A DNA stretch of 64,000 nt from Candidatus Bathyarchaeota archaeon (lineage in GTDB: Archaea > Thermoproteota > Bathyarchaeia > Bathyarchaeales > Bathycorpusculaceae): positions 32,001-96,000 of the forward strand of contig CAVZJV010000001.1 in assembly GCA_963775685.1 (NCBI GenBank), given 5' to 3'. The position numbers and the translations under genes were made by a program. The notes below the pieces were generated by a model. It was not told the origin of the DNA and made no database searches. It saw only the letters and a list, made by a program, of their open reading frames with translations. Shown in pieces: positions 10,590 to 20,873 of the stretch; the stretch's first letter is position 1; each line of letters starts with the position of its first letter.

Positions 10590-11246
10590 GTGACTATGGA
10601 GAAGGAGAAGGGCTTCGGAGCGGAAATCAGTATGAACTTTGTGGAGATTATGTTAGGGGAGAAATTGAAAGATGCGGATCCAGCTCTCGATATAATGGGG
10701 TCGGACCGTAAAGTATTACAGGTAGCCTGTCAGGACTTCACCAACTACCTAAAGTTCCATTGGAACCTAATAGGGAAAGAAGCAAACCAATGTGAACTAG
10801 TGGAAAAACTAGAGAAGCTTTTCAAGGAAGATGCCCAAGAATTGGATGCATTTTTGACCGTTTGGACAGGCATTTGGTTTAATAAATGGAAGGAACGGGT
10901 GAAATTGCTTATAGGCAATCAGAACGCCAACAAATGGAACAAGATGTCCAAAACACTCGCCAACGCCGAACCACTCTGGCGAAAAATCGAGCACAAACAA
11001 GAGCTACAAGAAATCGTGGTCTCAACTCTAATAAAGAATGGTGAGGTTTGCGGCACCGAAATCTTGGCAGAGAACCTCTTAAAAATGGAACTCGGAGAAA
11101 AAAACCTGCAGACCATCAGCGACAAAGAACGCCTATTTACAACTTTGAATAATGCATTACGGAAAGCTCGAGAAATGGCTCAAAGTAAAGGTCCACTAAT
11201 CTTTGTTAAAGTTGACAAAGGCTACTACAACCCATTCAACGAGTAA
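10590..11246 (+). CDS. Hypothetical helical protein
   Basis: 218-aa ORF followed by a T-tract terminator; no motif recognised. Confidence 0.65.
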   Translation: MTMEKEKGFGAEISMNFVEIMLGEKLKDADPALDIMGSDRKVLQVACQDFTNYLKFHWNLIGKEANQCELVEKLEKLFKEDAQELDAFLTVWTGIWFNKWKERVKLLIGNQNANKWNKMSKTLANAEPLWRKIEHKQELQEIVVSTLIKNGEVCGTEILAENLLKMELGEKNLQTISDKERLFTTLNNALRKAREMAQSKGPLIFVKVDKGYYNPFNE

Positions 11247-11354
11247 GCAGCGTATTTTTTTTTCTTCCATTATTTTTTATTTTACGATTTTAACGCGATA
11301 TTACGAAAAATAAAAGATTAATAAATTGAAATTAGAAAAGTTGACTTTGGCAGT

Positions 11355-11543
11355 TTAGCATACTCTTTGTCTTTGCAGAGTCTTTGTCTGCCACTTATAA
11401 TGTCTAATAGTTGTGGTTTCCCCAAAACCGCAAGCCGCGCAACGCTTATGTCTTACATGGTATGCGCGTCTGCCGCAGCGCCTGCACATGATGTGTACAG
11501 TTTTTCCCTGGCGCTTGCCCATTGATGGAGTTCCTTTTCCCAT
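11355..11543 (-). CDS. rpl37e: 50S ribosomal protein L37e
   Basis: [16 protein letters not shown]...CAACGFG zinc ribbon. Confidence 0.97.
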   Translation of the reverse strand: MGKGTPSMGKRQGKTVHIMCRRCGRRAYHVRHKRCAACGFGETTTIRHYKWQTKTLQRQRVC

Positions 11544-11548
11544 TTAAC

Positions 11549-11776
11549 TCACCTTGGTGGGGGCGAAATAAGGACTACGTTGTCTCCGCGGACAATAATG
11601 AGTCCAAGTTTTCTTTGATCTTCAACGACAGTAGTGTCTTCTGTTTCTTCTAAAACAAGGTTTAAGTGCTGATCGAAACCCTTCAATCTGCCTCTAAGGC
11701 TTTTGCCGCCTTTTAAACGGACTAGCACGATTTTGCTGAGGTTTTGTTCAAGGATTTCAGTTGTCATTTCGCTCAT
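11549..11776 (-). CDS. Sm/Lsm RNA-binding protein (SmAP1)
   Basis: GRLKGFDQHLNLVL Sm1 and IVRGDNV Sm2 motifs; conserved linkage to rpl37e. Confidence 0.95.
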   Translation of the reverse strand: MSEMTTEILEQNLSKIVLVRLKGGKSLRGRLKGFDQHLNLVLEETEDTTVVEDQRKLGLIIVRGDNVVLISPPPR

Positions 11777-11950
11777 ATAGGAATCCTCATGTATCTTATT
11801 CTCTTCTATACTTTATCTCTCCCAATTTAAACCTATCTCACGGACTCTGAAAAAGAGACACCTAATAGAATATTTTTCGTAGGAAGAAAATGTTTGGTGT
11901 CTTTTGGTTTTTAATATGGTCTTTTGTTAACTCGTAAATTAATTCATAGA

Positions 11951-13625
11951 CTAATGCTCAGCCGGCAGATAAACTGAAAAAATAGTTCCAGTGTTAAGAG
12001 CACTCTTGACTTTAATTTTGCCTCCGTGGGCTTCTACTATTCTTTTACAGATTGACAATCCAATACCCATGCCTTTTGCTTTTGTGGTAAAGAATGGTGT
12101 CCAGAGCAATCTTAATGTCTCTTCAGACATTCCTTGTCCAGAGTCAGAAAAATCAACAATAACTTGATTTCTTACTTTTCTATTGGTTACTACTAGTTTC
12201 CCACCGTTGGGCATAGCATCAAATGCATTCTTGACTAAATTAGAGAAAACACGCTTGGTTTTTAATGAATCTACTAAAATAGAAAAATATCGCTTGACTC
12301 ATTAATCACTTGTATGTTACTGGGCACTATAAAGCTTGACAAAGAAGAATCAATCAATTTTTTAGGAGTAGTTTTAACCTTGTCCAACTTGATTTTGCTT
12401 GAAAAGTCAAGTAAATCTTGAACAATTTTATCGGAATAATCAACACAATTCTCAATCATTTTAATTGTTAACTTTCCGTTCTCATCCAAATTTTGTGAAT
12501 ATTTTTTCCTCAGAATATACGCAGAGTTCTTGATACCTGCAAGTGGATTTCTTAAGTCATGTGCCACCATTTTTGAGACATCATTCATCGCCTCAAACTT
12601 TTTGTTGAGAGTATCCTCTACTGCATTTGAGACGATTTCTATCTCTTCTGTTTGGAACTTGGACTTATTCTCACTCAGCTTTTGATTGAAAGGCATTGTT
12701 TTGACGGACGCGGACATCTTCTTGAGAGGTTTTATGATGCTTACTTCCAGCAGAACTAATATAACAGAGCCTATAGCAACTGAAAAGGCAATTGATGAAG
12801 CTAGAAATACATATTCGACCCATAATGCTTGTTGATAAGCTGTTCTTTCACTTAGAACTGTCAAGACAAAAAGCGGCTTAGAGTGAAAATCATTAAGGGA
12901 TAAATATCCGGAAACAACTTTGCTGTTCGCGTTTATTATGCTAACTTGGGGATTTGTAAGCAATAAATTTGCAGTCTGACTATTCGCCTGTGACAATTGA
13001 GAGAGAGGTTTAATATCGAAAGTAAGGTTAGTGATTGATTCTAAACTTGAAAGTTCTGGTTCATCTAAAGTATTTTCCAAACAGCATTCCGCCCCTTGCT
13101 GGTCCTTCACCTATACCAGTTAAGATGGGGGCGATTGCCATCATCATTGGTTGATTATCAAGGAGAATTAGCCCTGAAACTGCTGTATTTCGTGATGAGT
13201 ACTCCCCGATGTATGATGAAAGAGTCTGTTTCGTTTCTTGAGAGGTTAGGCTTTTACCCGAATTATTGAGGTCATAGGATTGCATATAAACTACGTTTTT
13301 GTTGTTGTCCATAATCGCAACTATGTTTAGTTTTAAATTTTGAAACGTCGAATCAATAAAATTAGTGTCAACAAATTGCTGGTTTTGGTTTTGAACAAAG
13401 TTGTAAGTTTCATCCCAACTTGCATAGTCTACCAAATTAGTTTCTACCTGTGAAAGACGATAATTTAATGAAGTCAAGGCTTGGTTGAGGTTTTGTTGGT
13501 TTTTTTCCTTGTCTAAAACTTCAAACCCTGGAGTAATAACAAAAACTGCTACTTAAATGAAGTAAAAGAAAAGTAACTAGAGCAATAAATACAATTAGGA
13601 TAGCACTTTTTGTCCTAATTTTCAT
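11951..13625 (-). pseudogene. CHASE4-HisKA-HATPase sensor histidine kinase broken by at least 3 frameshifts
   Basis: Pieces in different frames: TM leader from ATG 13625, DYASWDETY (CHASE4), AHDLRNPL (H-box), NAFDAM / DSGQG / PFFTTK / GIGL (HATPase). Confidence 0.85.
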
Positions 13626-14081
13626 GACCATATTTCCTGTAGACTCTTTAATTCAAACTATTTCTAATTTAAGTCTAGTGGATTTAAAATATTGTCAGAC
13701 AGTGTTACTCTAAAAACTCAACTTGTACTCTTTCATCTTATTTAACGAATAACTTTTTCGCATATAGCATGAAAACAATACCAAAGGATTTAATGCTGAC
13801 CGCTTTTATGGCAGCCTAACTCTTCTTCACATTCGCCAGAAAACAATCTGAACAAACCTAAAACAATAACCCGCCAATTGCACTCACAACCCAATCTTGA
13901 AAAATACACATCACAACCACATCCTCCCCACCCAACAGTGATCACAACATGGAAGATAACCACAACCAACCCCAACGCAATCCAAAAACAAACAAAAACC
14001 AACTAGAAACCTACAAAACAAAAAACAAGAAACAATGGAAATCTCAACTTAAAGCATAACATTTGACCAAACAGCAGAGTA

Positions 14082-14750
14082 ATGTTCAAAAGCAACATTT
14101 CAACACTCCAATTTTCAATGATACCTGTTCTGAATGTTAATTGGCAAAGCCATCTAGCCGACTACAGCCTTAGCGAGCGCGACGCTGATGTGTTGGCGCT
14201 TATCGAAAACGAAGACTTAGCCACCTTTACATTCGACGGACTCAAAAGAAGGACAGGCCTACATCCTGAAACGCTCTCACGCATATTAAGCCGCCTCGAA
14301 GAAGAAGGCATAATCAAAAAAGAACACACAGGATACCGTGTAACCCCAAAAATAACCGAACTCAAACTTCATACCCTAAGAAAAGAAAAGCCCACAACCC
14401 CGCTTATACAGACTTTTCTGCCCTCTGACCTTATGACCCAACAGCTAATCCTCAACCTCAAAGGTAAATGGTTTGGCTTGCTCCGTTGGCTTGGCATATC
14501 CGAAAACAGCCAAGGCGTAACCCTCAAATGGATTACAGAGGACGGCGCAATCCAGATAGCTGCAAACATTCAAGGCACGGCACTCAACATAGAAGCAAAA
14601 TTCTTAACAAGCAACAACCTCAACTTAGCGTTGAAGGCTTCTTACCAGTTGATGTCGCTGATTGGTAAAATGTGCATAAACTCCCAATTGTCTAGACCAG
14701 CTATAGCCAGAAACGTTGGATACTTTGGCGGCTCAATGATGCCAGCCTAA
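14082..14750 (+). CDS. Winged-helix DNA-binding domain protein
   Basis: FDGLKRRTGLHPETLSRILSRLEEEGII wHTH segment. Confidence 0.7.
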   Translation: MFKSNISTLQFSMIPVLNVNWQSHLADYSLSERDADVLALIENEDLATFTFDGLKRRTGLHPETLSRILSRLEEEGIIKKEHTGYRVTPKITELKLHTLRKEKPTTPLIQTFLPSDLMTQQLILNLKGKWFGLLRWLGISENSQGVTLKWITEDGAIQIAANIQGTALNIEAKFLTSNNLNLALKASYQLMSLIGKMCINSQLSRPAIARNVGYFGGSMMPA

Positions 14751-14811
14751 ATTTTGTGACTGACTTTGCGGGTTCCTTAGTCAACAAATACCTTTTTGTA
14801 CTTATACTCTT

Positions 14812-15759
14812 TTGGAGAAAAACCAAATGAGTCAACTAACTAACCCATTAGAGGTCCTAAAATCTCTCTCAGACGCAACAAGTTTGCTCATCAAGAAAAT
14901 TTCTCAGTCGGTGGTGAGCGTCAAAGCACAGATGTCAAGGGGCACTGGCGTTGTCATAACCAAAGACGGTTACATTATCACCTGCAATCACGTACTTCAA
15001 GGATGCGGCACCCTCAAAATCGGCCAAGGAGAAAAAACCTTCAACACAAAAATCGTAGGCACGGATCCATACAACGACGTGGCTTTACTTAAAGCAGAGC
15101 AAGGGGAATTTACGCCCATCGAAATGGGAGATTCCGAGAAACTCAGTGTAGGCCAATACGTTCTGGCTCTTGCTAACCCGTTTAACAGAAATCAACCAAC
15201 CGCCACCAGCGGCATGGTCACCAGCGTAAACAGCACAATCCGAGGCTGGCGGGGGGCATCTGCAATGGAGAATGTCATAGCGACCGACGCCCAACTAAAC
15301 CCGGGCTTTAGCGGCGGACCACTCATAGACTCCCAAGGCAGGCTAATCGGCATAAACACTGCTTACGTTTGGCAAAGAGGCATCGCCATTCCCGTAAACA
15401 AGGTCAAAGGCATCGCCGACCGCTTGATGACTGGAAGAGTAGCGCAAAGAGGATATCTGGGCATAGTCGCTAACACAGTGGCTATCCCTGAGGAAATCGC
15501 TGAAGCAGCACACTTAGAACAGGAAACCGGCGTCATGATCTTTAGCGTTGAAGCAGGCTCACCCGCACGCAAAGCAGGCTTAGCCATGGGTGACGTCCTT
15601 GTCAAATTCAACGGCAAACCGGTTACCGAATTCTACGACTTACCAAGGCTTTTAAACGAAGATGTGATTGACAAAGAAACCAAACTGACCATCATCCGCA
15701 AAGAGAGCCTCATCGAAACAACCATAACCCCAACAGTTCACGGAGGCGAAGAAGACTGA
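14812..15759 (+). CDS. HtrA/DegP-family serine protease with PDZ domain
   Basis: TCNHV, DVALL, TDAQLNPGFSGGPL catalytic triad; C-terminal PDZ (GSPARKAGL). Confidence 0.92.
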   Translation: MEKNQMSQLTNPLEVLKSLSDATSLLIKKISQSVVSVKAQMSRGTGVVITKDGYIITCNHVLQGCGTLKIGQGEKTFNTKIVGTDPYNDVALLKAEQGEFTPIEMGDSEKLSVGQYVLALANPFNRNQPTATSGMVTSVNSTIRGWRGASAMENVIATDAQLNPGFSGGPLIDSQGRLIGINTAYVWQRGIAIPVNKVKGIADRLMTGRVAQRGYLGIVANTVAIPEEIAEAAHLEQETGVMIFSVEAGSPARKAGLAMGDVLVKFNGKPVTEFYDLPRLLNEDVIDKETKLTIIRKESLIETTITPTVHGGEED

Positions 15760-15767
15760 TAAGCAAA

Positions 15768-15899
15768 ATGCCCCTCGAGATTGACCCGCCCTCTCCGATG
15801 CCGACACCGCCGCTACGCCGAAGACCATCACCTATGCCACAGCTAAAAAACGCTTACGCTGTTGCACTAACTGTTCCTTTCCCTTCTGTTTTTGATTAG
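15768..15899 (+). CDS. Possible 43-aa Pro-rich peptide
   Basis: MPLEIDPPSPMPTPPLRRRPSPMPQLKNAYAVALTVPFPSVFD, 8 bp after htrA and before a T-tract. Confidence 0.35.
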   Translation: MPLEIDPPSPMPTPPLRRRPSPMPQLKNAYAVALTVPFPSVFD

Positions 15900-15972
15900 A
15901 GAGCAAAATTTCTCTTTTCTTTTTTTAATTAGCTTATAAGCAAATTAAGCTTATCAATAGATGGGGATTTGA

Positions 15973-16368
15973 ATGCATGCTGGATTTGTCTTTGCCATTG
16001 GCATTTTAATTATGATTGCAGCGTTTCTGTTTTTCGCTGGAATCTCAGGAACCACATTTTATGGATTAGCTGTGTCGGTTGAAGTAAGTATTGGAATAAC
16101 CCTCATCGTCGTTGCTTTGATTATCATCGTCATAGTCTCCATGGGAGTTAAAGCCCAGTTTAGACGGATAAAAACTGGCAAAGAAGCCTTAATCGGTGCC
16201 TCAGGCATTGCAATAACTGACCTTAAACCTAAAGGCGAAGTTCGTGTGATGGGTGAGTTCTGGGAAGCCATAGCCCAAAATGGCGAAATTGCCGCTGGTC
16301 AAGCGGTGGAAGTCGTAGGCATGGAAGGCATGTTTCTTGTGGTAAAACCAGTCGAGCAAAAAGCTTAA
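15973..16368 (+). CDS. Short NfeD-family membrane protein
   Basis: TGKEALIG, LKPKGEVRVMGEFWEA OB-fold; sits upstream of an SPFH gene. Confidence 0.88.
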   Translation: MHAGFVFAIGILIMIAAFLFFAGISGTTFYGLAVSVEVSIGITLIVVALIIIVIVSMGVKAQFRRIKTGKEALIGASGIAITDLKPKGEVRVMGEFWEAIAQNGEIAAGQAVEVVGMEGMFLVVKPVEQKA

Positions 16369-16407
16369 TTCTCCAGCGATAGAATACACCTAGTTGAGGA
16401 ATGAAGT

Positions 16408-17271
16408 TTGGTTGATGTTTTAACGCCTATTATCGGTTTCATAGTCATTGTTGTTGTACTTTTCCTGTTAAGTGGCATTCGCGTCTTAAGAGAATGGGAA
16501 CGTATGCCCGTTTTAAGGCTCGGACGTTACGTAGGCTTGAAGGGTCCAGGAATCATATATCTTGTTCCCTTAATCGATAGAGCACCCTTAAAAATCTCCA
16601 CAAGGTTAGACACTATACAATTCCGCACGGAATCAACTTTAACAAAAGACAACGTACCCGTAAATGTCGACTCAGTTTTGTATATGAAACCCGTTGATTT
16701 GGAGAAAGCGGTTCTGCAAGTAGAAAACTACTATCAAGCCACGCAGCTAGCATCACAAACAACTCTTCGGGAAGTTATAGGTAAAGTTAGCCTCAATGAA
16801 TTACTGGCTGAACGCGAAAAAGTCGGAGCCCACCTTCGCGAAATCATAGATGAAAAAACCGAAGCTTGGGGCATAAAAGCCACTGCTGTCGAAGTCCGAG
16901 ATGTCATTATCCCAGCCAACCTACAAGACGCCATGAGTCGCCAAGCACAAGCTGAACGAGAACGCATTGCAAGAGTCACCCTAGCCACAGCTGAGTTTGA
17001 AGCATCAGCAAAAATGATTGAAGCCGCAAAAATGTATGAGTCAAGCGAACAAGGTCTACGTTTAAGATGGATGAACATTATCTACGAACTTGGCCAACAA
17101 GCCGGTACAAACACAATAATGCTAATTCCCTCCTCTATGCCTGAAGCCGGTTGGCCACCTGTTGGCACGTTTGGTTTCAAAGAACTGCCCAAAGGCCAAC
17201 CAGGGGAGAAACCAGCAAAGAAACCCGTGGCCAGAGCTGAACCACCTCTATCTGAAGAACCGGAAGAATAA
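16408..17271 (+). CDS. SPFH/stomatin (band 7) protein
   Basis: LRLGR..GPG, TKDNVPV, QTTLREVIG, AMSRQAQAERE. Confidence 0.93.
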   Translation: MVDVLTPIIGFIVIVVVLFLLSGIRVLREWERMPVLRLGRYVGLKGPGIIYLVPLIDRAPLKISTRLDTIQFRTESTLTKDNVPVNVDSVLYMKPVDLEKAVLQVENYYQATQLASQTTLREVIGKVSLNELLAEREKVGAHLREIIDEKTEAWGIKATAVEVRDVIIPANLQDAMSRQAQAERERIARVTLATAEFEASAKMIEAAKMYESSEQGLRLRWMNIIYELGQQAGTNTIMLIPSSMPEAGWPPVGTFGFKELPKGQPGEKPAKKPVARAEPPLSEEPEE

Positions 17272-17275
17272 GAGC

Positions 17276-18298
17276 TTAAGCGGTTCTTACTGCTTCAACG
17301 GTACGCTTCAAAAGTAATTCAGTTGCATCCTGGCTTGGCCAGCTGCCTAAACCGCAGTCGGGACCCGTGAAAGTCATGCACGCGCCAAACTTTTCTTTGG
17401 CAAAAACAAACCTTTTCTTCATCGTTTCCACATTTTCAACTAATTGTTCAGTTGACGGCTGGGTTATGCCTTTCTCGTAGAGTTCAGCCCAGATAGTATC
17501 TATGTCTGTTCTGGTGATACCCACGCGTATCTGTTTGTCAGCTTTTTCCAGAACGCTTTTGGAGACAGCTTCAATATTTTTTGGGGATGCAGCGTACTCA
17601 AAAGATAAAACATCAAGACCTTTTACCGAAAGCAAATCGTGCACTCCCGATGCAAAGTGTAAGTGAATCTGTTTTATGGGTCCTTGAAAGTCGTAGGCTT
17701 TTTCAAGTGTTTGATGAACCAACTCAGGGGAGCCTGAAAAACTGCTGTGGCCAAGGCTTGGTTCGTCGATGGATATGACTCTGGTTTCTATGTACTTGTT
17801 GTTTAGGATGCTGTTTTTTGCGAATCGGTTTATCGTTTGAGCAAACCCTTCAAGCACATCTGGATAAGCTGTTGCGCCCACTTCAGATAGGTATTGCTCT
17901 ATTGGACCAAAAATTGAAACCCGCAATTGAATCTTTTTGCCGAACTCCTCGCTTAGGCTCTTAGCTTCTTGGTTTAACACGTAAATTTCTGGAAGAAACG
18001 CCATCTCCTCTTCAACGACGAAGGAGCCCTTCTCCATTGCTGCATGGACAGCATCGCCGACTTGTCTGATTCCGCTGAAATGTTGAGGAAAATTTGCGAC
18101 ATCTAACCCACATGCCAGCTTTTTCTTAAACGACTCAACAACGACGTTGTAAAAGTTTTTTTGAGTAAAATCTTCTTTTGACGGGTCTTGTTGGTTGATT
18201 ATTGCTTCTCTTGCAAGCTCGTAGGCTTTAGCGTACGCTTCTCTTTTGATTCCAGCCGGTAAAGGAAAACTGCCAATATCGTCAACTAAAGTGTCCAT
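17276..18298 (-). CDS. MetE-like (cobalamin-independent methionine synthase catalytic domain) protein
   Basis: IGSFP N-terminus, IDEPSL, HLH, and GPDCGL C-terminal Cys motif. Confidence 0.7.
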   Translation of the reverse strand: MDTLVDDIGSFPLPAGIKREAYAKAYELAREAIINQQDPSKEDFTQKNFYNVVVESFKKKLACGLDVANFPQHFSGIRQVGDAVHAAMEKGSFVVEEEMAFLPEIYVLNQEAKSLSEEFGKKIQLRVSIFGPIEQYLSEVGATAYPDVLEGFAQTINRFAKNSILNNKYIETRVISIDEPSLGHSSFSGSPELVHQTLEKAYDFQGPIKQIHLHFASGVHDLLSVKGLDVLSFEYAASPKNIEAVSKSVLEKADKQIRVGITRTDIDTIWAELYEKGITQPSTEQLVENVETMKKRFVFAKEKFGACMTFTGPDCGLGSWPSQDATELLLKRTVEAVRTA

Positions 18299-18370
18299 AA
18301 AGTATTATTGACTGGCGAAATTGTATTAAAGGTATATGCTACCAACAAACCGCTGAAAGGTATGAACGCA

Positions 18371-18794
18371 ATGTCTGACTGTATATTCTGCCAGATAATC
18401 AAAAAACAAGCCCCTGCCTAGCATAGTCTACGAGGATGAACAGGTTGTGGCGTTTTTGAGTAACCGCCCAGTAAACGAGGGACACACACTTGTGGTTCCC
18501 AAAAAACACTACGAGAACATCTATGGGATTTCTGAGGAGGAAGCGGCTTACTTGTTTAAGGTTGTTAAGCGGGTTGCGCACGCCGTTAGGGATGCAACGG
18601 ATGCTCAGGGGATCAGGATTGTGCAGAATAATGATTGGGCGGCTGGACAAGTGGTTTTTCACTTGCATGTGCATGTGATTCCTATGGAGCCAAATGAGGG
18701 CTTCATTCATGGCAAGGCTTTTCGAGATCACACAAATCCACGAAGTTCAGAGGAATTGGAAAAAGATGCGGAAAGAATAATTCAGCACCTTTAA
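18371..18794 (+). CDS. HIT-family nucleotide hydrolase with one +1 frameshift near 18418
   Basis: MSDCIFCQII N-terminus is out of frame with GHTLVVPKKH and the HLHVHVIP HIT motif. Confidence 0.85.
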
Positions 18795-19003
18795 AACCCC
18801 AAATCGCTGGGATGGATCTACCATTACATTCTGGCTCGGTGTTCCAATGAATATAAGTTACCTTAGTCGGTTACGGTGATGTTTTGTCCATTTAAGATTA
18901 CAATTAATGTAGAACGGGTTAAGGTGATGTTTTCCAAAGCGTTGTCGTTCGTAAGCCCAGAATGTCTAAAGGTTGAGAAAGTTCTTTTTATGATGAACGA
19001 GAA

Positions 19004-19633
19004 ATGAATCAAAACCACAACCCTAAAACCGTTTACTGGCTTGACAATACACTTTACCTAAACATTACGAATCAATGCTCAAACAACTGTTATTTCTGTT
19101 TTAAACGTTATAAGCATGGAGTTGGCGGATTCAACCTTAAACTTATCCAGGAACCAACCGTAGAAGAAGTCAAAACTGAAATAGAGGAGGTTTTACGAAT
19201 TCGCAGTTGGGACGGGTTGGTTTTCTGCGGTTTTGGTGAGCCTACAAAACGGCTTGATATGTTGCTTGAAGTTGCCAGATGGACAAGAGATCACCATGGA
19301 AGACCCCTGAAAACTCGTTTGGACACAAACGGGCATGGCTATGTGCTAAATCCCGGCAGGAATGTTGCAGCGGAGTTGAAGGCAGTTGGCGTCGAGAAAG
19401 TGAGCGTAAGCCTAAACGCCGGAGATAGTAAAACTTACCTGGAGATTTGCAAGCCAACATTCTCAGACTCATTCGAAGCAGTTATTGATTTTGTCTGCAA
19501 AGCCAAGTTGCTTCTCGAAGTTGAGGTTTCGGTTGTTAGACTGACTGAAGTAGATTTGAGTAAAGCCCAAGAGATTGCAGACAGTTTGGGCGTTAAACTC
19601 AAAGTCCGAGATTACATTCCATGCTTCTACTGA
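19004..19633 (+). CDS. TatD-associated radical SAM protein
   Basis: LYLNITNQCSNNCYFC, VFCGFGEP, RLDTNGHG. Confidence 0.88.
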   Translation: MNQNHNPKTVYWLDNTLYLNITNQCSNNCYFCFKRYKHGVGGFNLKLIQEPTVEEVKTEIEEVLRIRSWDGLVFCGFGEPTKRLDMLLEVARWTRDHHGRPLKTRLDTNGHGYVLNPGRNVAAELKAVGVEKVSVSLNAGDSKTYLEICKPTFSDSFEAVIDFVCKAKLLLEVEVSVVRLTEVDLSKAQEIADSLGVKLKVRDYIPCFY

Positions 19634-19859
19634 TTTTACAAACCTAAGAACCGTTTTTTAGTGCCCACTTCATACGACAAAACACTAAATCCTGGGCGAA
19701 AATGTTTTAAATCAAAACCGCCAATTTCAACGCCGGAGCTATTCATGAGGAAAACATTGCTCTTTGAGTTCGACGTGCCTTGCTACAGAAAACGCGCATT
19801 CGGACTTTCAGCCAAAAATAAACAACCAAGATAAACCAAATACTTGAGGCGAATTAAAC

Positions 19860-20706
19860 CTAAGTATGGTTTACATAGATGCCTTTCTCGAAGGCGAAAA
19901 AGGCTTTTTTCCTTTTAGCATAAGGCAAAACAGAGGATAAGGTTGCAACTACAAAAACTGGAATTATCCAACTTGAAAACTCTGGCACTTGATCATCATC
20001 CGAGAAGACTACAACCAAATCGCCCAACAACGGCTTATCATGTTCAGAATGCATTTGACCAAAACCACATGTATAGAGCCTTCTTTTGCTATCTCGTAGT
20101 TTATGGTGTTCCATTTTGTGTCAGTTTCTGCTGTGTAGGCATGCAGGTTGGTGGCGTTTGCTTCAATGCGCATACAAAATAAGCTGTTGAATTGTTGTTG
20201 TCTTGGGAAAGGTACGGGCAGATATTTAGGTCATATAGAAACAAGTAACTTCCATTTGTCATTTCCAGGGGTGCTCATAATGGATGCTCAGATCAAAAAA
20301 CCAGAAACATTTTCGAGCAAGCTATAGATCGTCCACCAATCACCGATTGCTGTATAATGCAAAATCTCTGGATAAGATTCGGTATAGTTTCTCCAGCTAA
20401 ACTCCTTATTGTCTAGCGATAACATGTATGTTTGTTGTTCCAGGATGCATTGGATAAACCATGGGCAATTCACCGTTAAAAATGCAATCCAGAGTGTTCT
20501 GGATTGTATATAGGGTAGTTTCCATCAATTTTTGCCCACAAGGAACCGTTGATGTTTGTTATTGTATAGTTAATGTATTCAACAGGCATGGCTAATGATG
20601 GAGTTGAGCTCGCTGGGATTTGCGGCTGCATTTGGAACAAATTCAAAGACAGCTACCGAACTTAGAAGCGCCAAGAGGAATACCAGACTAACGCAATTTT
20701 CTGCAT
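19860..20706 (-). pseudogene. Decayed secreted protein with a PEF-type C-terminal sorting tail
   Basis: Signal-peptide-like start, multiple stops and frameshifts, ending VPEFSSWIIPVFVVATL...KRKK. Confidence 0.5.
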
Positions 20707-20873
20707 AGTTGCCAAGCGATATTCAGTTTAAGTTACTTTATAATTTTTTTGGACCCCAAAATAGATGGACTCCCGTCCATACAACGCCGTAGTAAGGGAA
20801 AGAATTTTAATCCGCACACACCTCTTTTATTAAGTAAAACTGCTTATTTTTCTTGCTAGTTCTGGGATTATTA

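Noticed and set aside
13790-14030. 70-aa minus-strand ORF in a C/A-rich tract
   Set aside because: Compositionally skewed with no recognisable domain; probably decayed DNA.
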